Positions 54,110 to 61,895 of a stretch of 64,000 nt of DNA are shown in pieces (position 1 is the first letter of the stretch; each line of letters begins with the position of its first letter). Source of the stretch: Candidatus Binatia bacterium (GTDB lineage: Bacteria > Desulfobacterota > Binatia > Bin18); the NCBI GenBank assembly GCA_963666315.2, contig CAXXHG010000007.1, forward strand, positions 1-64,000, read 5' to 3'. Under the pieces are notes generated by a model that searched no databases, was not told the DNA's origin, and was given only the letters and a program-made list of their open reading frames with translations. A program made the translations under genes and the position numbers.

Positions 54110-55602
54110 GCGACCATCTTCCTGTGATCCTGTTTTTGCTGCCCTTTGCGACGGCCATCTGCCTGCCGATGGTTGGTGCGAGACGGTCCGCTTGGTGTCG
54201 TCCAATGGCGTTGACGGCCTTGCTTGCCATGTGCGTCGTGGCAGTGATCAATGTTTGGATCGTTGTCGAGCATGGGGATACGCGGTACGCATTTGGCGGC
54301 TGGCCCATCAGTACAAGTCTGCCAGATCACCCGCTTGGCATCGAATGGGTCAACGATGGTTTGGCGAGTGCGATGCTCGTCGTGCTCAGCTTCCTGGCCT
54401 GGTTGTGTTTGTTCTATAGCGGACCTCTCACGCCACGGTCACTGGGTGCGCGCGAGGTCCTGTACTACGCCTTGCTGCTGCTCTTGATTTCTGGTTTGAC
54501 CGGGATTGTGCTGGCTGGGGATATCTTTAATGTCTTCGTGTTTCTGGAAGTTGCGGCACTGTCTGCCTATGGGCTGGTCGGGATTCCCGGCGGTCGAGCG
54601 CTGATTGTTGCGTTTCGATATCTCATCCTGGGAACGCTCGGTGCTTCGTTTTACCTGCTGGGGGTCGTTTTCTTTTATGCATCAACAGGCACCTTGAATA
54701 TGGCGGATCTCGCGCAGCAAATGGCCGCCAAGCCGGAATTGATGGCCTCGAAAGCGGTCATCGGCGGGACCACGTTTATGCTCATCGGTCTCGGAATCAA
54801 GATGGCGCTGTTTCCACTTCATGGTTGGCTACCCGGCGCCTATACCCGCGCTCCAGACTCGATTTCGCCGCTGCTCGCTTCCCTGATGACAAAAGTTGCC
54901 CTGTATGGATGGGTCCGCATCATGTTTTGGGTGCTTGGCGCTCGTGCGGAAATTGGGCAAGTCCACTTGCTGACATTACTAAGCGGACTGGGTTCCCTGG
55001 CGGCCGTGGCTGGTGCCCTGTTGGCATTACGCCAACAGGACGTGAAGCGGATGTTTGCGTATGGCGGCATTTCCCACGTCGGCTTGATCCTGATTGGAGT
55101 GAGTCAGGGGAACCAAACCGGCTTTGCGGGGAGCATGTTCTACCTGATCAACGACGCCGTCATGCAAGCTGGACTGTTCTTCATCGCAGGGGCGGCAATT
55201 CACCAGTATGGAGCGCGAACGGTGGAAGACCTGTCGCGTTTGCGGCGATCACCCTGGATGATCGGTGCGATCATTGTATTGGCAATGTCCATGATTGGCA
55301 TTCCACCAACCGGCGGGTTCTTTGGGAAATGGTACATTATCCTGGGTGCCATCGAAGCGGGCAACTATCTGGCTGTTGCAGCCGTCGTTGTCGCTACGTT
55401 GTTGACGATGGCGTATTTTCAACGCGTGTTCGTCCGCATTTTTGACGACACTCAAGAGTCGTCAACCACGGACGATGCTGACATGCATCCGGCCCTGAAA
55501 CTGAGTATGGGACTGACCGCGGGAGCGGTCATTGCCTTGGGGTTCTGGAGCGACCCCATAATCAGGTTTTTCCGGGAAGTGGCTGCAACCGCTGGCCTGT
55601 GA
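54106..55602 (+). CDS. mrpD: Mrp/Mnh antiporter subunit D
   Basis: GDIFN.FVFLEV, TGTLNMADL, IKMALFPLHGWLP.AY, TKV, GIPP..GFFGKW. Confidence 0.92.
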   Translation: MSDHLPVILFLLPFATAICLPMVGARRSAWCRPMALTALLAMCVVAVINVWIVVEHGDTRYAFGGWPISTSLPDHPLGIEWVNDGLASAMLVVLSFLAWLCLFYSGPLTPRSLGAREVLYYALLLLLISGLTGIVLAGDIFNVFVFLEVAALSAYGLVGIPGGRALIVAFRYLILGTLGASFYLLGVVFFYASTGTLNMADLAQQMAAKPELMASKAVIGGTTFMLIGLGIKMALFPLHGWLPGAYTRAPDSISPLLASLMTKVALYGWVRIMFWVLGARAEIGQVHLLTLLSGLGSLAAVAGALLALRQQDVKRMFAYGGISHVGLILIGVSQGNQTGFAGSMFYLINDAVMQAGLFFIAGAAIHQYGARTVEDLSRLRRSPWMIGAIIVLAMSMIGIPPTGGFFGKWYIILGAIEAGNYLAVAAVVVATLLTMAYFQRVFVRIFDDTQESSTTDDADMHPALKLSMGLTAGAVIALGFWSDPIIRFFREVAATAGL

Positions 55603-55641
55603 CAAATTTTTATATCGAATTATATTAATGGAACAATTTTA

Positions 55642-57861
55642 ATGTCGGTTGTGTATGTCCTGATACCCCTTTTACCCTTGCTTGCCAGCATCATTATCGC
55701 GTTCGCCGGGCGGCGCTTGGGGCAAGACAGTGGTAAGCTCGGTGTGCTCGCGATCGGCATCTCATTTGCTTTGTCGGTCGCAGCCTTCGTTCAGGTCGTC
55801 CTCCAAAGTGACCCAATTGTCATCAGTCTGTACGAACTGCTTCGGTCTGGAAATCTGAGTGTCGAACTGGGCTTGTATGTTGACCAACTTGCTGTATTGC
55901 TGCTGCTGTTAGTGACCGGCGTGAGCCTTGTGGTTCACGTGTACTCCTCCCGCTACATGATCGGGGACGCGCGCTACAGCCGGTTCTTCGCTGTGATGGC
56001 CCTGTTTACTTTTGGCATGCTGACGCTAGTCATGAGTAGCAACCTGCTCATGATGTTCATGTGCTGGGAAGTCATGGGCATCTGCTCCTATCTGCTGATC
56101 TCCCACCAATCCGATCGAAAGGCGGCTTGCAACGCGGCGACAAAGGCCTTTCTCGTCAACGCCGTGGCCGACATTGGTCTGTTGTTCGGCATCATTCTGA
56201 CCTTTGCCACGTTCGAGACGCTGGATGTCCGGCAGATCCTCAGTCAGTCCGCGAGCGTCAGCGGACAGACCATCAACCTGCTGGCATGGGTTGGCTTTGA
56301 ATGGCACGTTCGTACGGTCACGTTGATCACGCTCTTGCTGTTTATGGGATGCTTGGGTAAATCGGCTCAGGTTCCATTCCATGTGTGGTTGCCTAACGCA
56401 ATGGAGGCCCCAACCCCCGTCTCGGCACTGATTCACGCTGCCACGATGGTCAATGCCGGGCCTTATTTGTTGGTTCGATTCAGCGACTTGGTACTACTGT
56501 CGCCTGCGGCGATGATGGTGATCGCCATTATCGGTGCAACGACCGCGCTGTTCGCCGCGATGGTCGCTCTGACGCAGAGCGATATCAAGAAGATCCTCGC
56601 CTATTCCACGATCAGCCAAATCGGTTTCATGATCATGACATGTGGCCTGGGGGCGTTTATGGTGGCTATCTTTCATATGTTGGCTCACGGATTCTTGAAG
56701 GGCTTCCTGTTTTTATCGACAGGCAACGAGCTCGCATCAGCCGGCTCGCACGCACACCACGTACCCACACGACCGAAACTGTTGTCGCCGGTATCCCTCG
56801 GGGCGTTGATCCTGGCCTGTGCTCCGCCCGCGCTGATCTTCTCGGGTCCATATGGGGCACTGTGGACGGTCCACAATTCGAGCGCCGCTCAGATCGCTTT
56901 CTGGGTGATCGGCTTGCTGACCGTCTTCTTCACGGCCATGTATCTTTTTCGCGGACTTACCTCGTTGTTTCAGCCAGCCACATCCGCGCTCGTTCAGCCG
57001 CGGTTCTTTTCCCCTTTGCATCTCGTGGCTATCATCGTCGGATCGCTCGGGTTGATCAGCACTTTGTTGGCGCTCTGGGTGTGGTTTGTACCGTTCCTGG
57101 CACCGGCAATAGCGACGCCATATCCACTCGTCGAGGGCTTCTGGCAGACGAGTCACGTGCCGTTGCTCGTATTGGCCCTGGTGGCGGCGCTGGCTGGCTG
57201 GGGCTTGGCGGCGCTGCTTCAGGCAAGACCCATGCTGTCCGCCGTTCCTCGCTTGCACTTCGCACAAACGATGTACGTGCTGTTTCTCAACAAATTCTAT
57301 TTCGATGAGGCGTATAGCCTGTACATCGTTCAGCCCATGGTCCGAATGGTCAAGTGGCTGTGGCGTGAGATCGACGTTGGCGTCATCAACGGTCTGATCC
57401 ATGGGATGGCTGCGAGGTTGGTTCGCTTTGGCCAGTGGCTGTGGGAGACAGTCGACGTTCGCGGTATTGATGACGTGGTTCGTCGTCTTGCAAGGAATAC
57501 TGTCCTTTTTGGCCGGTGGCTGTGGGAGACAGTCGACGTTCGCGGTATTGATGACGTGGTTCGTCGTCTTGCAAGGAATACTGTCCTTTTTGGCCGGTGG
57601 CTGTGGGAGACAGTCGACGTTCGCGGTATTGATCGCATGGTCGTCGAAGGTGGTCAACAGAGTGCGGGGCTATCCCAGTGGCTGTGGGAGGCAGTCGACG
57701 TTCGCCGAATCGAGAAAGGCGCGGACCAAGTAGATCGTGCAGCCGAAGCCAGCGGGAAGAAACTGAACGAAGTCGAACCACGGCCGATTCAAGACCACTT
57801 GGGTGTGTTGATCGCATGGTTAGTCGCGGTCATCCTGTTTTTCTATTGGCTCGTATTATAA
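55642..57861 (+). CDS. NuoL/DabB-like proton-translocating subunit with expanded lateral helix
   Basis: WEVMG, GKSAQVPFHVWLP.AMEAPTPVSALIHAATMVNAG, HGFLK..LFL, NKFYFDE; lacks GFFSKD. Confidence 0.9.
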   Translation: MSVVYVLIPLLPLLASIIIAFAGRRLGQDSGKLGVLAIGISFALSVAAFVQVVLQSDPIVISLYELLRSGNLSVELGLYVDQLAVLLLLLVTGVSLVVHVYSSRYMIGDARYSRFFAVMALFTFGMLTLVMSSNLLMMFMCWEVMGICSYLLISHQSDRKAACNAATKAFLVNAVADIGLLFGIILTFATFETLDVRQILSQSASVSGQTINLLAWVGFEWHVRTVTLITLLLFMGCLGKSAQVPFHVWLPNAMEAPTPVSALIHAATMVNAGPYLLVRFSDLVLLSPAAMMVIAIIGATTALFAAMVALTQSDIKKILAYSTISQIGFMIMTCGLGAFMVAIFHMLAHGFLKGFLFLSTGNELASAGSHAHHVPTRPKLLSPVSLGALILACAPPALIFSGPYGALWTVHNSSAAQIAFWVIGLLTVFFTAMYLFRGLTSLFQPATSALVQPRFFSPLHLVAIIVGSLGLISTLLALWVWFVPFLAPAIATPYPLVEGFWQTSHVPLLVLALVAALAGWGLAALLQARPMLSAVPRLHFAQTMYVLFLNKFYFDEAYSLYIVQPMVRMVKWLWREIDVGVINGLIHGMAARLVRFGQWLWETVDVRGIDDVVRRLARNTVLFGRWLWETVDVRGIDDVVRRLARNTVLFGRWLWETVDVRGIDRMVVEGGQQSAGLSQWLWEAVDVRRIEKGADQVDRAAEASGKKLNEVEPRPIQDHLGVLIAWLVAVILFFYWLVL
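57355..57759 (+). repeat. Five in-frame 81-bp (27-aa) tandem units in the L-like gene
   Basis: TGGCTGTGG unit starts at 57355, 57436, 57517, 57598, 57679; units 2 and 3 are identical, the others diverged. Confidence 0.95.
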
Positions 57862-57896
57862 CAATTTATAACAAGGCGCCCTGAAGAGTTGATGCT

Positions 57897-59387
57897 ATGA
57901 ATGAACACCTGCTGTCTTTGATTATTTCCGTTCCTTTTGTTGGCATTGTGGTCCTGGCATTCGCGCCAAGCGAGCCGTGGATGCGGCGAATTGCGCTTGG
58001 CTGCACGCTGCTGGCCTTCGGGCTCTTCCTGATTCTCTGGTCCGGGTTCGACCCCAATGAGCAGGGCATGCAGTTTGTGGAGCGTATGCAGTGGATGCCG
58101 ACATTCAACATTCAATATGCGGTTGGCGTAGATGGCATCAGCATCCTCTTGGTGTTGCTCACAACACTGCTGTCCCCTCTGTGCGTGTTGTGTTCGTGGA
58201 CTTCGATCACCTCGCACGTGCGGGCCTTCATGATGCTGATTCTCCTGGTCGAAGGCGCCATGCTGGTGGTTTTTACGGCCCTGGACCTGTTCCTGTTCTT
58301 TATGATGTGGGAAGTCACGATGATTCCTATGTACTTTATGATCATCCTCTGGGGCGGACCCGGACGGATTGCCGCGGGGTTGAAGTTCATCCTGTATAGT
58401 TTGACGGGAAGCCTACTGCTGCTCGTGGGGATTCTGGGACTTTACGTCCAAGGCGGACATACTTTTGACATGATTGCCCTGGCGGAGCAGACCTATTCTT
58501 CCACATCCCAGTTTTGGATGTTTCTAGCTTTCATGTTGGCCTTTGCCATCAAGCTTCCGATGTTTCCGTTTCACACCTGGCTGCCTGACGCCCACGCTGA
58601 GGCGCCCACGGCCGGCAGTGTCATTTTGGCCGGCGTGCTTTTGAAAATGGGCGGATATGGATTCTTGCGGATTTGTCTGCCGATCCTTCCCGATGCGTCA
58701 GCGAGCTTTGCTCCCTTTATGCTCTGGTTGTCGGTTGTGGCGATTCTGTACGGCGGGTTTATGGCCCTCGCCCAGGACGACATCAAAAAGCTTGTCGCCT
58801 ATTCGTCGATCTCTCACATGGGGTTCGTTACGCTGGGTATCTTCGTTTTCAATAGCCAGGGGATCCAAGGCGCGATTCTCCAAATGTTCAACCACGGGAT
58901 CGTCACCGGGGCGATGTTCCTTGCGGTCGGCGTGTTATACGACCGCACGCACAGCCGACTGATCGGGGACTACGGCGGGCTGCACAAACAGATGCCACGG
59001 TTTGTCGCCCTGTTTTGTGTTTTCTCGGTGGCATCTTTCGGGCTGCCGGGGACGTGCGGTTTTATTGGCGAGGTCCTGGTATTGCTTGGCACCTCAGAGG
59101 AGAGTTTCGTTCTGGTCTTACTCGCCATGGGAGGCATCGTACTGGCGGCGTCTTACATTCTATGGATGTTCCAACGAGTGGCGTTGGGACAGGCTGGCAC
59201 GCAAGTCGCCTCGCAGCTTTCTGACATCACCGTCCGTGAAACGGTAACTCTCGCGCCGCTCGCCCTGGTGGTGTTTGCTGTCGGCGTCTATCCACGCCCA
59301 CTTATGGAATTGATCGACGCCGGCGTCACCAAACTCGTGGAACTGACTCGTCAGGGACTGCCGCCCGAGATAACGGGCCTTTTCTAG
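57897..59387 (+). CDS. NuoM-like proton-translocating subunit
   Basis: GVDGIS, MWE...IPMY, IKLPMFPFHTWLPDAHAEAPTAGSVILAGVLLKMGGYG, FIGE. Confidence 0.93.
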   Translation: MNEHLLSLIISVPFVGIVVLAFAPSEPWMRRIALGCTLLAFGLFLILWSGFDPNEQGMQFVERMQWMPTFNIQYAVGVDGISILLVLLTTLLSPLCVLCSWTSITSHVRAFMMLILLVEGAMLVVFTALDLFLFFMMWEVTMIPMYFMIILWGGPGRIAAGLKFILYSLTGSLLLLVGILGLYVQGGHTFDMIALAEQTYSSTSQFWMFLAFMLAFAIKLPMFPFHTWLPDAHAEAPTAGSVILAGVLLKMGGYGFLRICLPILPDASASFAPFMLWLSVVAILYGGFMALAQDDIKKLVAYSSISHMGFVTLGIFVFNSQGIQGAILQMFNHGIVTGAMFLAVGVLYDRTHSRLIGDYGGLHKQMPRFVALFCVFSVASFGLPGTCGFIGEVLVLLGTSEESFVLVLLAMGGIVLAASYILWMFQRVALGQAGTQVASQLSDITVRETVTLAPLALVVFAVGVYPRPLMELIDAGVTKLVELTRQGLPPEITGLF

Positions 59388-59745
59388 TTGGCCAGCTCAC
59401 TCGTCAACAAAGACCAACTACACGGTGAAGCCATGCAGCGGAGAGATTGGGAGCGGCTGTGTGAACTGAACGCGGTCCAACAGGTTAACGAGGATCTTTC
59501 ATATCCTGTCTGAATGGGCCCCCTGAATCCGCCCAGAGCAGGAGTGCGAGAGAATCTGTCAAGTGTCACGCGTAAATCACATGCCTGTCAGTTCCCCCGC
59601 AACATTGTGTTCTATGTCCTTGCTGCCAGGCGGCTTGACATGGTCTGATTAGCCGCTCTTCTGCGTGAATCTCAACAGCTATTAGCAAGGGTATGGGTCA
59701 CTCTCCCCGCAGGCAGGTAAGACAGCGTTGAGATAAAACAGCCCT

Positions 59746-59774
59746 GTTACAAGACAATGGCAGTATTATGATGT
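59746..59774 (-). promoter_or_regulatory. Degenerate orphan Pho box array
   Basis: Minus strand ACATCAT-4-CTGCCAT-4-TTGTAAC, 11-bp period. Confidence 0.45.
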
Positions 59775-59949
59775 ATGTGAAAATCCCGGGCTGGATTTCT
59801 ATTCAAATCCGAGGATGCAGCCCGGTAGGGAGCTCTAGCCTGTTGCCTGAAGAGCCTCAGCGGCAGGAGGGAAGAAGGCTTGCTGCACGAGCAGTAACAG
59901 TTCCGCAACGGAAAAAATTTTGCTTAGTCAGTGCTAGACGGGAGGTGTT

Positions 59950-60235
59950 TGAGTTCCTGTTGCTGCTTTTGCGAAGCCAAGACACCGACAACAATGATTG
60001 GGACATCACGGATACGGGCATTTTGATGGGTACGGATCTATTCGAATATCTTCTAGCCGCTTTTGAGGGGCAGCCGTGGTTCGAGGGTCGCCAGGTCGGG
60101 CACAAATGATTCGATGAGCAAGCAGGCCTGTCCCCCGTCTCCGGCCGCTTTAAAACAATAGCCGGCTTGCTCAAAGTTGTAGGTGATCAGGCTGGCAATA
60201 CTTACCTCATTCTCCATCACAAGAATCTTCTTCAA
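59950..60235 (-). pseudogene. Degraded response-regulator receiver domain (PhoB-like)
   Basis: KKILVMENE...LITYNFEQAGY....DG.....PDL..L...LP..SG then in-frame stops; similarity continues (RDVPIIVV); acidic catalytic residues altered; left boundary approximate. Confidence 0.7.
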
Positions 60236-60306
60236 TGGTGCGATCCCTTCTAATGTGATCCAAAAACAAAAAGATCAATTCGAGACCGCCAAAAGATTTC
60301 ATTGAG

Positions 60307-60377
60307 GTGACGGGTCTATGAAGAAATTATGACCATGGCTTGTCGGCTGTTTCACAAGACCGTCATACTCTTTTCAT
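60307..60377. promoter_or_regulatory. Back-to-back Pho-box-like arrays
   Basis: Minus TGGTCAT-4-TCTTCAT-4-CCGTCAC (60307-60335) and plus GTTTCAC-4-CCGTCAT-4-TTTTCAT (60349-60377). Confidence 0.55.
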
Positions 60378-60689
60378 CTATGTGAAGGAGTCAAGGCATA
60401 TAGTTCCAAGAAAAATGTATAGAGGAGAATATGCGCAACAGGACCGTTTACCCTGCGGGCGGTGTTCTTGAGTCCTGAGTGGCATGAGCGTGTGCAACGT
60501 GTTGCTGGAGCCCGTGGTCCCCCACCCCATGAATTTATGCGTGAGGCCATTGAGCCTGAGATCGTCAGACGTGAGATCCTGATCGGCAAACAGAAGACCG
60601 GGAAAGCTAAAGAATCGCTGCCGATCATTCTTCACTAAAGAAGTTGAAGGCTCCACTAGCATAGCCTGGACAACAACTCTTTCCTTCCT

Positions 60690-61052
60690 TCACCTGAGGC
60701 TCGACGAGGTGTACGCACATTTCGCACCTCGAACAGTAGAGGGCGGTTCATTGAAAATGACTTCTTGAACAAGCCCTGCAAGGTTTTCACGAGTTGCGGG
60801 GAGGCTTTCTTTCCCGCAACTCGTCAGTTCACAATAACGTCTAATCCGGCCACGGATGATCGTGGCCGGACTTCTCAATAATGTTGCCTGCTCTAACGAG
60901 TGGAGCAGAGGATACAGGCTGCCTGGGCTAATACGGTAGCCCAACCGGTCAAGGGTTTTGCTGAGCAGTCCACCATATGTCTCGCCCGGGCCCGCTTTGT
61001 AAAGGACGAATACCTTGACCATGCCCGAGTGTAGATATACAGCACGACCCAC
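60690..61052 (-). CDS. PadR family transcriptional regulator (possibly degenerating)
   Basis: VL......TYG..L...L...GY.ISPGSLYPLLH.LE...LL......GR.RRY..LT..G. Confidence 0.8.
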   Translation of the reverse strand: MGRAVYLHSGMVKVFVLYKAGPGETYGGLLSKTLDRLGYRISPGSLYPLLHSLEQATLLRSPATIIRGRIRRYCELTSCGKESLPATRENLAGLVQEVIFNEPPSTVRGAKCAYTSSSLR

Positions 61053-61080
61053 ATTTTGATGAAGGAAAAATCAATTCTGT

Positions 61081-61098
61081 GTGACAGTTGTGTTACGG
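61081..61098 (-). promoter_or_regulatory. Pho-box-like pair upstream of padR
   Basis: Minus strand CCGTAAC-4-CTGTCAC. Confidence 0.45.
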
Positions 61099-61134
61099 AG
61101 AGCTTGTATGATGGGAAGGAAACGCCCATCAGTG

Positions 61135-61308
61135 CTAGCAGCTACTGGCCAGCGGCTTGGTCTTCTTGCGCGGCGCCTCCAAGAGCGGAGGAATGCGCGC
61201 AAATTCCTCGCGCGTGAGTTCACTCGGGTACTGATGCTTCACGCTTCCCTCCTCTTCAATCCGGAAGGACTACCACATCACCCAAAATTCATCTTGAACA
61301 GGTTCTTA
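61135..61308 (-). mobile_element. IS5-family insertion sequence remnant (left end and first ~30 transposase codons)
   Basis: End sequence TAAGAACCTGTTCAAGAT, RBS GAGGAGG, GTG 61242: MKHQYPSELTREEFARIPPLLEAPRKKTKP then stop; resembles IS5-family YPSDISREQF..I.PLLE.ARK.TKP N-termini. Confidence 0.72.
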
Positions 61309-61347
61309 GATATCGGTGAAAAATTTATAGAAAAGGGATGGGCTGGA

Positions 61348-61584
61348 TTATTGAGCCGTTGTGACCGTTGCCTGCTGTTCGAGATGTTGAAGTGCCTTTT
61401 GCACATCTTCCGCCGATGCCTGAAAGCGTATCATGAGGGTACGGACATCGATCAAGTCATGCGGCTGGTGGCTAAGGTGTTGGATGAGACGTTGCGTCGG
61501 TTCGGAAGGACTATCAGAGCATACGGTCTGTTTCGGATCTTTATGTGGCATGTGTTTCAGGGCTCTCCTGTCTATTTTATCCAT
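61348..61584 (-). CDS. Small hypothetical protein downstream of a Pho box array
   Basis: 78-aa ORF starting about 37 nt after the array; helical C-terminal half. Confidence 0.5.
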   Translation of the reverse strand: MDKIDRRALKHMPHKDPKQTVCSDSPSEPTQRLIQHLSHQPHDLIDVRTLMIRFQASAEDVQKALQHLEQQATVTTAQ

Positions 61585-61621
61585 TCTATCTGAAATAGTT
61601 GTGGCGGAGAATAAGCGGCTT

Positions 61622-61661
61622 GTTACAAGAGTGTTACAAGATGGTGAAATCTATGTGACGT
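61622..61661 (-). promoter_or_regulatory. Pho box array (four heptamers, 11-bp period)
   Basis: Minus strand ACGTCAC-4-ATTTCAC-4-TTGTAAC-4-TTGTAAC. Confidence 0.7.
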
Positions 61662-61674
61662 AGAAAGATCGCAA

Positions 61675-61721
61675 ATAAAAGAAAGGCCCGTGGGGTAAAG
61701 GAGGGGAAACCCACGGGCCTT
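61675..61721 (-). terminator. Rho-independent terminator downstream of mgtE
   Basis: AAGGCCCGTGGG/CCCACGGGCCTT stem followed on the minus strand by TCTTTTATTT. Confidence 0.65.
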
Positions 61722-61895
61722 GATACACGCTGAGTCGGGGAGACTCAACCGTGTAAACGTTCATGACAAGATTCTTATAGCATGTGAATATGATGTATGG
61801 AAGATAAGTCATACTAAATTATTTATTTTTTTATTATTAGATATATTTATAGTTCGAGCAGTCCGTACTACGAGGAATCTTTGTATCATCGCGAT

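Noticed and set aside
57355-57759. 81-bp repeats as a CRISPR array
   Set aside because: No unique spacers, the units are in frame within a CDS, and there are no cas genes.
56640-57817. Long alternative-frame and antisense ORFs over the L-like gene, and similar shadow ORFs elsewhere
   Set aside because: Expected by-products of GC-rich coding sequence and in-frame repeats; no recognisable motifs.
59388-59570. Possible IS end or transposase tail after the M-like gene
   Set aside because: Only vague resemblance; no matching inverted repeat found at the other end of the cassette.
60378-60662. 94-aa ORF downstream of padR
   Set aside because: No recognisable family and atypical composition; may be a gene remnant but cannot be supported.
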